This document shows, in pieces, positions 31,375 through 42,900 of a stretch of DNA of 58,270 nucleotides. Where the stretch lies: the NCBI GenBank assembly GCA_001275005.1, contig JWZX01003393.1, positions 1 to 58,270 of the forward strand. Reading direction: 5' to 3'. The stretch's first letter is position 1, and the number at the start of each line of letters is the position of its first letter. The DNA is from Chrysochromulina tobinii (lineage: Eukaryota). Under the pieces are notes generated by a model. The model was not told the origin of the DNA. It did not search any database and saw only the letters and a program-made list of their open reading frames with translations. A program made the translations under genes and the position numbers.

Positions 31375-32102
31375 ACGTAAGATTTCGCATTTGAGGTCGA
31401 GAGCGGTGTGCGACTGGCCGTGCTCGAGCTTGAGTACAAGCTGAGCCTGCTCTGGTTCAGGCCGTATACATATCTATTGAGAGTGGGGGCTTACCAACAA
31501 AACTCACTTGGCTTGTGATGACCTTGTCTCCTCTTTATTAATCGCTTTCTACTCGGCTTGCGGCGCGGATGTGCCGTGCGGGCGCGTCGGGGCGCGTGTA
31601 CTCCGCTCTCCGGGTGCCAGTAATGAGTGATGGACACAGTGAGGTGACAGTGTGAATTGTTGATTGCTTGCTGCTTGTTGGCTTATGATGAACTGGAGAT
31701 GTTCACAAACTAAATCTTTCCCGCGATCCCGGACGGTTCATGGGGGTTGCGGTAGCCGCCGGCCGCCGAAGCCGCGTACACCCTTGACCCCGTGCGACCC
31801 GACCCTGACACGTGACACCTTCACCGCACGCGCGTAGCCGCAGGGGAGCGGACCTACCGGGTACCTAAGCTCGCTGGTGCGCTCGGGGGTGGGGCTGGCC
31901 ATTTGCCGACCTAAATTCGCGAACCGTTATCAGATAACTCGGAAGCACGCGCGAGAACCTTCCGTAAAGGGCAATCGGCAGCTTCCATTTTCGGAATTCG
32001 TTATGATAAGACTTGAGCGAAATTGAATTCTTTAGGCGAAGTCGGCACCTCACGGAAAAACGCCCTCGCGTCGCGTCGTACGCCACACTGGACCTTTTGC
32101 AG

Positions 32103-33239
32103 ATGGCGCAAAGGTTCACCCTGTCTCTCCTTGCATTCGGTCTGGTCCCATACATGTATGCGAAATCTACGAGCTGCGAGCAACTAGTGCCGGTCCCGTG
32201 GGATGTCGCACCGCTGCGATCATCGCAAGCATTGCATTCGGCACTTGCCAAGAAATTTGTCGACCGCAACGTGGTCGAGATCGGGACACGCAGTGGTGAC
32301 ACTGTCAACTGCTACGCGCAAATAGCCAACCGAACCGTTGCTATCGAAATGAATAGAGCATACTGCAAGGTTCTCCGCTCACGTCGTGAGGAACTTGAGA
32401 ATACGACGCGCTCTACCATCCGGTCGGCGACAGGCCTGACTTCAACCAACCTGGAAGGGGCCAGCTACGGAGTTGTGTGCAGCAGGTATCAATCTGCGCC
32501 GAATGAAACATGGAAAGATGTGGATTATGTCTTCTGGTGGATCGAGGGCGGAATCAAGGCAAACATCCAGGTGCTGCGATTCCTCCGCAGTGTGAAAGGG
32601 TTACGCTCCGGCGCCCTTGCGATGCTCGCGCACGATCTCACCGACCTGGATACGCCAGCAATCCTCACACCGATTGCCGAATACACTGAGCAAGTCCTTC
32701 CGACACGGCTTGAATGCAAAAACTGCCTGGCGCGCCTTCAACATTACTGCAGCAAACGGATGATGAGCCTCGATGCACACGTGCTACGAAAAGTTGGATG
32801 CCATCGAGCTGCATCGGTGGCAAATCTGATTGCGATTCGTATCGACAGTCCCCAGCTGGAGGTTTTGCTGAACACCACCTTTCGTGAGCGCGAGATCACG
32901 AGTTTGACCATAGAGGACGCGCGGAGCGCCAGTGTGGCGGCAGGCTACCATCCTCTCTCCGCAACTCCTGGCAAATGCTGGTTGACGAAGGATGCACTAA
33001 CGAACAACGAAACCATGGTCAATTTCATAGAACCAGAATTGGGCACCGCACGCTCGGCTGCCGCCATCGGCACTGCCAAGAGCGGCTCCCGGGCGCGCAG
33101 CCCGTCACAATCTTGGCACTGCAAAGAGCACTGCCAAAATTGTGACGGGCTTTGCACATGGGAGTGGCTGTCCGCCAAGGGAGTGCCTGCACGCCAAGGG
33201 ACCGGCTGCCCGCCGTATACTCTCCCGTGGTTTGTATAA
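32103..33239 (+). CDS. Secreted/anchored hypothetical protein with class I methyltransferase-like motif
   Basis: Signal-like N-terminus; VVEIGTRSGD (motif I-like), VAIE, DYVFWW. Confidence 0.5.
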   Translation: MAQRFTLSLLAFGLVPYMYAKSTSCEQLVPVPWDVAPLRSSQALHSALAKKFVDRNVVEIGTRSGDTVNCYAQIANRTVAIEMNRAYCKVLRSRREELENTTRSTIRSATGLTSTNLEGASYGVVCSRYQSAPNETWKDVDYVFWWIEGGIKANIQVLRFLRSVKGLRSGALAMLAHDLTDLDTPAILTPIAEYTEQVLPTRLECKNCLARLQHYCSKRMMSLDAHVLRKVGCHRAASVANLIAIRIDSPQLEVLLNTTFREREITSLTIEDARSASVAAGYHPLSATPGKCWLTKDALTNNETMVNFIEPELGTARSAAAIGTAKSGSRARSPSQSWHCKEHCQNCDGLCTWEWLSAKGVPARQGTGCPPYTLPWFV

Positions 33240-33492
33240 ATATAATACACGAAAAAACCAGCCATAGAAGTTGGTGCGGGATCAGCAATTAGGGATCAGT
33301 GCACTAATAATTACCCCGCTTTAGATGGCCCCCGCTAGGGGTAATCGCTATACTTTTGTAGCGCTATTTCTCAGCTCTCCGTCTGCAATTTGAGAGTCCT
33401 GTGTTCTGTTTACGTGAACGTTAACACGACAGACGCGACAACCGGTGCTACGCCACTGTTACTGACCGCTTTACGTGTGGTGTGAATTCACA

Positions 33493-34065
33493 ATGAAACG
33501 ACGTTTTGTTCCCCAACACTCTATGGACGATTACTCCCACTTCCTGTCCATCCTCGGCGACGCGCTGCCGCTCGAGGCTGTTCTCAAGGATTTGATGCAC
33601 TGTTCCTTGAATTCACGCACGGCGTCATCATCCAGCAAGCCTCAGCGATTCAAGTGGGTGGAAATCCCTTTGCAAGATGGGCCGCTGAGAATGCAAGAAG
33701 TGACGAAGGCTCTGCCGAGCATCCCGATGCAGCGGTTGGAATCCAGCATCCCATCCTCACCGTCCCGGATCGAGCGTCGACTGCCAACTTGTATTGCAAA
33801 GGCGGCCCCAACGTCGCCGCGGCACGGGCTCAAAACCGCCCTCGCCACTCAGGAGCGTGCCCTCCGTGCTGCCAAGTTCCGCGATGCCCGCCTCCGCATC
33901 GGGAAGGAGAGCAGGAATGAGGCATTCGAGCGCGCGCGGCGGTCTGCGTCGACGATAGGAGACTGCAACGAGGTCGGGGACGCTGCACAGCGAGGATACC
34001 AATTCGATCGTGATCCTCATGACGAGGGCCTCTCTGTATTGCTTGATTGCAACCTCACCCTATAA
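33493..34065 (+). CDS. Hypothetical protein
   Basis: ~190-aa ORF with no recognisable motif. Confidence 0.3.
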   Translation: MKRRFVPQHSMDDYSHFLSILGDALPLEAVLKDLMHCSLNSRTASSSSKPQRFKWVEIPLQDGPLRMQEVTKALPSIPMQRLESSIPSSPSRIERRLPTCIAKAAPTSPRHGLKTALATQERALRAAKFRDARLRIGKESRNEAFERARRSASTIGDCNEVGDAAQRGYQFDRDPHDEGLSVLLDCNLTL

Positions 34066-34454
34066 TAGGCCTCTCTTTGGCTGAGAGTAGCTGAGAGAGC
34101 GTCTTCACTGCATCCGGTCTCTAATTGATGTTTCTTGTCCGAGTCAAGTACGGTGGGGCTAACACCATACCTCGAGACCTCGAGACACTCTTACCGTCCG
34201 CCTCATTGTAATGCGACTTGCGAGGACTCCGCTCCCCGGCCCGCACGGCTCCTCGCCGCGAGTCGCACGCCGCGGGATGGCGGGAAGCGGAAGGATCCAG
34301 CCGAGCGCGGATACAGCGTGCCGGAGCGCGTCCGATGGAACTCGTCACCCAACATTCACCTGACCCCGGAGGACTGGCGCCTCACGCTAGTTGACACCGC
34401 GCATGTGCACGCTCCACGCTGCACCCGCAACTGCCCATCAAGCTCCACAGCCTC

Positions 34455-37400
34455 TCATGGTGGCCTCGCTGTCTTGCTGCCGGCCTCCGGCGGAGGCTCG
34501 CGCGCCGCGGGCGTCGCCTTCGGGTCGCTCTGACGAAACTGACTGACCGACTGTCTGTCGCTCTTCGCAGCTCGATGGAGCACTGAACGCACCGTGCGTA
34601 GCTGCTCAGCCACGTCGCCGCCCAGCGGCATGCCAAAACGCGACTGGAAGTCAAGCACCGCCTGGCGTGTGCGTGGACCGTAGACGCCGTCGGGCTTGAC
34701 CAACTCGCGCCCCATCACCTCGTTCAAAAAGAGCTGGAGCATCTTGATGTCCTCGTCCACCACGACCTGTACCGCGCTGGTCGACGCAGCAGCCGAAGCC
34801 GCATGCAGTGCCCGGGCCTCGAGCTCGGACAAGTAAAGCTCTCGAAGGAAGGCCTCGCCGACGGGTGAAAGTTGAGTGCGAGAGCTGGCAGGAGCTGGTT
34901 TCGGGAGTGGTCGGCGGGAGGGCTGCACACTGCTGGCACCCGCCGCCCGCACCCCCGCTGCAGCGGAAGGAGTCGCAGCAGAGGAGTCCACCGGCGCCAC
35001 CGGCGCCACCGGCGCCACTGCCGGCGCCGTCGCCACCGCCGTCGCCACCGCCGTCGCCACCGCCGTCGCTGACGCACCCGCGCTGCCCGCGACGGCGCCC
35101 TCCGTTCGGGTGCCCGCGACGGCGCCATCAGCAGGGGTTCGCTCCGTCCTCAGCTCCTGCAGCGAGAGGCCTGATTGCGCCATGAACGCCTGGACCGCTG
35201 CCTCCGTACGTGGACCGTAGACGCCGTCCACCTTGCAGATATGCTCGCCCATGACGAGCTGCAGCTTCTGCTGGAGCATCACCACGTCCAGATCTACCCG
35301 CTCGTCAAAGCCGCGCACCTGAAGGCACTCAGAGGCACTCAGAGGCACTCAGTGGTACTCAGAGGCACTCAGTGGCACTCAGTGGCACTCAGAGGCACTC
35401 TACTACTCGGAGATCTCGCGAGATTGTCATCTCCACGCACCTGATGAGGGAGGCACTCAGAGATCTGTGCGAGATCTGTGCGAGATTGTCATCTCCACGC
35501 ACCTGATGAGGGAGGCACTCAGAGATCTGTGCGAGATCTGTGCGAGATCTGTGCGAGATCTGTGCGAGATCTGTGCGAGATGGTCATCTCCACGCACCGT
35601 GGAGAGCAGGGACGCTTGCTCGAGCGAGCGCAAATGTGCCCGACGCAGCGCGGTCCACGTGATTGGGCCAACGGTTCCATCCGCGCGGAGGCCACACTTG
35701 ATCTGGAAGAGCTCCACGGCTTGCTGGGTGAGAGGGCCGAAGTTGCCGTCGACCTTGAGAGCCCTTGTACCTGTGGGGAAGGGAGGACGCGGCGCCGTGG
35801 TGAGCACTTGCATGCGAGGCATGTTGCGCCAGCCGTGCTTGAGAGCCCTTGTACCGAAGAAGACGTTGAGGCGCTCCTGCAGGAAGATGACTGCCTCACG
35901 CCGGGGGTCCCAAATCACAAGGGGAGATTCGACGAGATCTCTGACCGGTAATCGGTCGTCTTCAGTGTCTGTGGGGGGCGTCGCGTGAGTGCACCGTCGA
36001 TGGCAATGGGGGGCAATCGGTGGCAATCTCGGTGGCAATCTCGGTGGCAATCTCGGTGGCAATCTCGGTGGCAATCTCGGTGGCAATCTCGGTGGCAATC
36101 TCGGTGGCAATGGGGGGCAATCGGTGGCAAGATATGGCCATCTGTGGCATCAGAGAGGCAACTGGTGGCCCTCACTCGCCTGTGGGATGTCGGCTGAGCG
36201 CTCGCCCGTTGCGCCAGCCGAGCTTCGACTGCCAGCCACGCCCTACCTGTGGGGAAGGGAGGATGCGGCGCCGTGGTGAGCACTTGCATGCAAGGCACGT
36301 TGCGCCAGCCGAGCTTCGACTGCCAGCCACGCCCTACCTGACCTATCTGTGCCGCGTCCACATCTACCGACGCCTCCCCTTCCCCCCAAGCCACGGCACG
36401 CGCCGTCGTGGGCGGGGCGTGATGTCGCGCGTCGGTCGGCGGGGGCGCTGTGGCGGCGTTCTTGCCGGCCTCGTACTGCTTGGCCGTCCAGCCGAGCAAC
36501 CGCAGCTGCTCCGCGTGCTCCTCGTCGCTCACGCGATGGATCTGACGAAACTGGGCGAGCTGCAGCCGCTGCTGCTCGCTCACCACGCCGCCCGAGAGCA
36601 CAGCGTCCAGCACCGAGGCGTACCTGTCGTGGTGGACGGGTGCGGGGGGGCGCGTCGTGGTGGGCGCGAGGGGTCGCGTCGTGGTGGGCGCGGTGGATCG
36701 CGTCGTGGTGGGCGCAGTGGATCGCGTCGTGGTGGGCGCGCGTGATGGGCTGGCCAGCGCCGTAGCGGGCGCGCGTGATGGGCTAGCCAGCGCCGTGAGG
36801 CTTCGTGGCGAGCTCGCGACGGCGCGCCTACCGGAGCCGCCAGAGGGTATCGCGCACACTGAGCCCGTCGTCAGCGCCGCCCTCGTCGTCGACACTGGAG
36901 TTCGGAGCCTGCTGCGCGGGAGCGCCCGCACCCGGGGAAGGGACCTGTGGGGAAGGGAGCCGCATCTTGCGCAGGACGTCCGCACTCTCCGATTTTCGGA
37001 GCACGTCGGCGCTCAAGGCCCGTTGGAAGGCCGCCTGTGGGGAAGGGAGGAGCGGCGCCGTGGTGAGCACTTGCATGCAAGGCATGTTGGAAGGCCGCTG
37101 CATGCAGTGTGAATGGCGAGGAGGGGCGTGCGAGTGTGAATGGCGAGTGTGAATGGCGAGCATGCAGGTGCAGAGCCCACCGCCCTCTCCCCAGGGCGCG
37201 CGGAGTGCAACTCGCCATTCACACTCGCCATTCACACTCGCACGCACCCGCAGCATGGGCTCTCGCTCGAGGAGCTCGTGCAGCGCCGCGCGCGACCAGA
37301 CGAGGCACGTCGTCTGCTGGTTCGTAGTCACGGTCGCGACGCCACGCACGGGCTGCGAGATGGCGATGCCGGAGGAGAGGCCCATGTCGCCAATGAACTG

Positions 37401-38099
37401 GTGTTGGCTTAACCGATGGGTCTTCGTGCCGCCGACGCTCACGTCCGCGCCGCCCTGCACGAGAAGGAAGATGGAGGCCGACGGCTGGCCCTCGGCCTGG
37501 AGCGCGGTGCCCTTGCGCAGCGTGGTCCACGTGCCGCACGCGAGCAGCTTGTTGAAGTCGACGGCACTCACTCCCTGGTGCGAGAACACCGCCTTCCATA
37601 GATCGACCGCCTGCGGAGGCATCCGCTCCGCCTCCCACTTGCTCGAGAGGATCGAGTAAATGTGCCCGGCATTGATCGTCATGAACAGGACGTTCCAGCC
37701 AAAAGGGAGCCACAGCGGCCGGCCGACGGGGTGGTAGTACGTGAAGATGAGCGTTGCCGCGCCTGACGCCACCGAGAGCAGCCGCAGGTTGAGGATGTCC
37801 GGATCGAGGAACGCGGTCGCCGCGAGCGCAAAGGCTGTGTGCCCGAAGAGCTCCGATACCGAGAGCTTGCCGAGGAGCGGCAGGCGCAGGCGCTTGGTGC
37901 GCAGCGCGACGGCGAGTGCGCTGCCCGAGGCCGCCGGCACCGCAGGAGAAGCACCGGGCGCGACGGCAGCGTGCGAGGCGCCAGTCGAGACGAGTCGGCG
38001 GAGGACGGCGGGCTTCGTCAGCAGGCTCGCCAACCGTCGCACGAGTGGAAGCGGCGGACGGCGGGCGAGAGAGGACGCCAGCAGCGAGCAGCCCCTCAT
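34455..38099 (-). CDS. Popeye-type cNMP-binding membrane protein fused to three PG_binding_1 (peptidoglycan-binding) domains; introns 37035-37247, 36624-36831, 36247-36337, 35969-36179 (GC-AG), 35771-35854, 35319-35597
   Basis: R/S/L-rich transit-like N-terminus; DILNLRLL/WNVLF..IN TM block; cNMP-like LLVQG.A.V...FIGDM; three LQ..L....DG.(F/Y)GP.T..AV..F repeats; each splice checked to preserve frame. Confidence 0.75.
35324..35580. repeat. Intronic minisatellites (10-mer ggcactcagW; 12-mer gagatctgtgcg)
   Basis: Tandem arrays inside intron 35319-35597. Confidence 0.9.
36001..36130. repeat. Intronic 12-mer tandem repeat ggtggcaatctc
   Basis: ~8 perfect copies plus degenerate flanks inside intron 35969-36179. 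Confidence 0.9.
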
Positions 38100-38850
38100 C
38101 GCCACCAAAGAGCCGATACAGGACTGTTTGTTTGACGAATCTGAGGAAACGTAAACCGAAAAAAGCAAGCAAGACAAGCAAGTTTTAAGTCAAGTCAAGT
38201 CAAGTCAAGTCATGCTCACCACTAACACCACTATGCACCACCCCACCGTGACGGCTCCGCGCACCCCTCGGTCAACACATACTCGTTTTACATGAAAATA
38301 CCAAACAGAGCACCTCCCACCTCTTCTCGTCCGTGCTGGACACGCGCCGCCCGCCAGCGCCACGGTCTCCTACTGAAAATTCATAAGACGATGATGAAAT
38401 GATAATCGTCGTGCACAAAATCCGATTTCAAAGTTTAAAGTTAAAATACTCGCGCGCCGCGCGGAGCGGGCGCGGGCGCGCGCGCGCGCGCGTGAGCGGC
38501 GTGAGCGTGAGGGCGCGAGCGAGACCTGTCGTGTGGTGTCCCCCCGTTGTGTGGAGTGGCGGCGGGTGCGGCGCGGCGCGTGTTCGTGGACGTCGTGCCG
38601 CCCTTGCCTCTTGCCTTGCCTGTTGCGTGTCTCCCTCGTTTCAGGCGTACCGCACCGCGCATGTATGCCCACTTATGATATCTCCACACCAACAGAATAC
38701 AGCGGGCGGTTTCCCGCGGCGCGCTCGAGTAGGCGCTCGTGAACACAGGGAGATATTACCACACGGCGAGTGAGCGCGTCCGTCGTGTGCGCCCCGGCCA
38801 CATCCCAAACACACACATACCGACAATCACACCCCGCCCATCGTGGCCGT

Positions 38851-39650
38851 TTACTTGATGCTGACGACGGCGCCGGCCTCCTTGAGCTTCGCCGCAGCCG
38901 CCTCGCAGTCAGCCTTGCTCGCGCCCTCCTTGATCTTATTGGGCGCCTTCTCGACCGCATCCTTCGCCTCCTTCAGGCCGAGGCCCAGTGAGCTCGCGCA
39001 CGACCTTGATGATGCCGATCTTCTTGTCGGCCGGGAACGACTCGAGGGTGAGGTTGAACTCGGTCTGCTCCTCCACCGGCTCCGCCGCCGCCGCGGCGCC
39101 ACCAGCGCCCGGCGCCGCCATCATCATCATGCCGCCGCCGCCAGCCGACGCGTCAACATCGAAGGTGACCTCGATCGCCTTCACGAGCTCCGAGGCTTCC
39201 AGCAGCGTCATCTTCTTGAGCTTCTCCATGATCTCGTCAACCACGGCGCTCATGTGCACCTTGGACGCAGCCACCTTGGAGGTGGGGTGGAAGGCAGCGG
39301 GCGACATGAAGCCTACGCAGGGCGAGAACACATGCAGCGGGGTGAGTAATGCGAGGCGCGCGAGCCGCGCGCGCGGCGGGAGCGGCCCATGCGGCGAAGC
39401 CTGAGCTGCATTCACGCCAGGCCAAGCCAGCATTCCCCCGCGCCGCTGCTCGCCGCCCTCCTTTGAGGCGCAGCTCAATGCTGCAGCCTCTCTGTGCGCA
39501 ATCACCGCAGCCACCAGCCGCTGCCTGCCCCATGGTGCGCCGCCACAGAGGCGGCAGGCACGTCTCGGCTGCACGCGCAGGCGCCACCACGCGCAGGCGA
39601 AGCGTACCGGAAGCGGCAGCGACGCACAGAGCGAGGACGAGGCGCAACAT
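38851..39650 (-). CDS. rpl12: Plastid-targeted ribosomal protein L7/L12; intron 39313-39607; apparent 1-nt frameshift at ~38985
   Basis: [16 protein letters not shown] presequence; [29 protein letters not shown] then [14 protein letters not shown]...KL.EAGA in the next frame. Confidence 0.9.
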
Positions 39651-39952
39651 CGTGGACTGAGGCAGGCTGGGAAAAAGACAGGCTCGGAGACGAGCTCTTA
39701 GCGGAGCTCGACCCGCGAGCTCCGGAGCGCTCGAGTGAGCGCTCATTGCAGCGCGCGCTCGTTTGCCATCGTCCATCAATTTGAAGATTGATTCAAGAAA
39801 ACGCTCACCCCCAATAGAGCGCTGCTGTGTGCCCGACTGTGCCGCGGAAATCGTCGCCGTCCCGGGCGCGCGCTGCCAGGAAAAGCTCACCAGACCGTCT
39901 GGAGTACTGGATTTCCTGTGCACGCGCACCGCGTCCTATGCACGAGAGAGCC

Positions 39953-42900
39953 ATGGGGCTCCGCTGGCTGGCACCGCTGCTGCTGCCTTCACTCGTGGTG
40001 GCGCTCAGGCCGCGCATCGTCATGTTACGGGTCTCCGATCCCACTGACCGGGATCAGAACTTTGGCGAGGGCGACCAGCTCGCCGTGAATATCCTTCCGT
40101 ACCTGGGCAATGACGTGTACGTGTTCGAGTCGAAGCGCATACGCCGGCCGAGCCAGCCGGTCATGAATAAGAGCGCCATCGACTCTCTCTTCCGATTCAC
40201 CAGCAACGGGGCCGCCTCGTTCAGCCTGGGCGCAGACTACATCGGGACGTGGGCACCGCCCACAAGCTTCATGGAGGCGCTGTTCATCACGATCGTAAAC
40301 GCGAGCGGCGCCAGCGTCGCCGCGCTCGAGTCGTGGGCCTTCAACGTCAGCTGCGTCCCCAACGCCGTCTATCTGAGCGACCACAGGCCGAGCTTCGACC
40401 AGCCGTGTGACTCCGTGAACATTCCTCCTACCCTCACACAGAGCTCGTGGGGCCTCGGGCGGCCGTTCATCCAGAGCGTCAGATCGGCCTCGGCCGTGCC
40501 CAACCGGCTCATCGCCGCCGGCGACAACATCACCATCCGCTTCGACGCGCAGATCGACCTCACGTCCGCGAGCTACGTGGCGGCGACTAGTGGCCTGACT
40601 TCCGCCCAGCTGCCCGGCTACCTCTTCACGCTGCCGTCGGCGTTTGCGAGCATCTCATGCACGGGCGCGTGGCTCGCCGATGCGCAGACCTTCGTGCTCA
40701 CCTTCACGAGCACGCCGAGCATCACGGCCGCGGAGCTCTTCCCTTCTGGCGACGACTACTTCGTGGGCTGTGCGCTGGACGCCGAGATTCGTCTCTTGAA
40801 CACGTCCACTGTGTGTGCCCTCGATGGGAGCGGCTGCTCTCGACGGCAGTCGGCCGTGTGCTGCAACGCGGCCATGTGCCCTAGCGAGGAAGCCACGGGC
40901 AGCTTCGGCGTTCTTCCCGATGGCCCACGTATCGTGAGCGCCCTCGCCGACGACCCCGACGACGCCGACAACATGGTCAACCGCCTGAGCACCAACGATA
41001 CGGTTGTGCTCACGTTTAGCGGGCTCATTGTCCACAATCTGCTCGCGACGACACACGCCGAGCGACTCTTCGTCTTCTACCGCTTCGAGCCGATCTCGTC
41101 GGCTCGCTTGCCCATTGATCTCGGCGAGTGGAGCGGCGTGTGGCGCGACGTGCTGCCGGCAACAGGCGCCGGCAACCTCACAGGCAACGGCAACCTCACC
41201 GGCAACGGCAACCTCACCGGCAACGGCAACCTCACCGGCAACGGCAACCTCAGCGTGGCGACGGCCGCCGCCGCGGCGGCGCAGATCGCATCGGTTGGGG
41301 GGTACACGGTGCTCACCCTCACGCTGCGCGCCCTCTCGAGCGCCGCCCTCGCGCTCTCGGCGCCCCTCGACCTGAGCGCCTTTTCGATCGGCTGCCGTGC
41401 CGAGACCAACCTGACTGCGCCCCTCGGCCTGGCTCCCGACGGGACCACACCCGTCGCCACCTCCCTCGAGTGCGGGTACACTGCCGGCGGCTTCGACGGC
41501 TCGGTCGCGCCGCTCACGGGCGACGTGGGCGCGATGGCGCCGACGGTGAGCCCCGCTCGACGATTGCCTCGCTCATCAAGTGATTGCCTCGCTCATCAAG
41601 TGATTGCCTCGATTGCTTCGCTCATCAGGTGAGCCTTGCTCGACGATTGCCTCGCTCATCAAGTGATTGCCTTGATTGCCTCGCTCATCAGGTGAGCCTT
41701 GCTCGATGATTGCCTCGCTCATCAAGTGATTGCCTCGCTCATCAAGTGATTGCCTCGCTCATCAAGTGATTGCCTCGCTCACCAGGTGAGCCTCGCTCGG
41801 CGCTACGACGCCGACGACGCCGACTCCCTCTTCGGCCCTGACGACCAGCTGACGGTCTCCTTTAGCATACCGACCGACCTGGGCGGGTACGCTCTTGGCA
41901 CTACGCTCACGCGCGGCACAATCGACGGATGGATTGCGATCTCGCCTCCGCTGGCCGCCGAGATCAACTACACGGGCGTCTGGATCAGCGCTACCCGGCT
42001 CAACATCACCTTCAATAGCGTCCCCGCCGCCACGATGGCCAACGTGAGCCTCTGGCCCAGTGCGATCGCATGCGTGTGCCGTGCGAGCGTCAACGGTCTC
42101 TGCCGCGACGCGAACGGTCTGCACGCGGCGAACAAGTCGGCCGCCGGAGAGCTCTCATGCCTGCCGCAGCTCGTGCCCCTCGACCCAACGAGCGATTGGG
42201 GGGCGCGTCCGGGGCCCTCGATAGTGTCCGTCACCGCCGCCGATGAGGACATCGATCCCGACAACCTTGCCGACGGCTTCTACAGCTCAAACGACACGAT
42301 CGACGTTCTCTTCAGCCAGCCGACCAACCTTGGCAGCCTGCAGCTCGGTGTCGCGTACGGCGAGAGTGTCGTCAATTCGATGTTCGACTTCTTCCAAACG
42401 GTGGCCGGCGCCGACGTGCCCGTCACCCTAGGCAGCTCGTTCTCGGGCACGTGGCTGAGCAACCGGTCGTTCCGCATCCGCGCGATCAACATCGCCACGC
42501 CCGATTCTCGGCCCCTCATCTCGTCCATCAACGCCGACTTCAGCGTGCGCTGCCGGCCCAACGGGCCGTACCCCATCCGCGACGCGGCCCTCCTGTCCCT
42601 CCCTTCGACCTGCTTCTCGGTGCGACTGCTCGGCTCGTTTGGCGCGAACACGCCGCCCATCCTCGCCTCCATCACCGCGAGCGACCCTGACAATGCGGAT
42701 GGCATCCTCTCGGCGGGCGACGTGATCCTCGTCGAGTGGACGCGGGGCACCGACCGAGGCATGTGTGCAGTGTGCACCGACAGCAGCCCGCCCGTGGATG
42801 TACCGGACGGCCTTCTCGAAGGCGCCATGCAGCTCGTCTCGTTCTCAGTGCCCGCGCCTGCTACCGGTGCTGCGGTCGCCCTCAACCTCTCTCTCACCGG

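Noticed and set aside
22422..33239. Biosynthetic gene cluster (FkbM, QueC, SRPBCC-SDR, methyltransferase-like)
   Set aside because: No core synthase, mixed orientations and an interspersed housekeeping transporter; co-location alone is insufficient without co-expression data
38186..38211. (AAGTC)n pentamer run as telomere-like repeat
   Set aside because: Short microsatellite, not a known telomeric unit, internal position
38984..38986. Programmed ribosomal frameshift in rpl12
   Set aside because: No slippery heptamer or obvious stimulator; a homopolymer error is simpler
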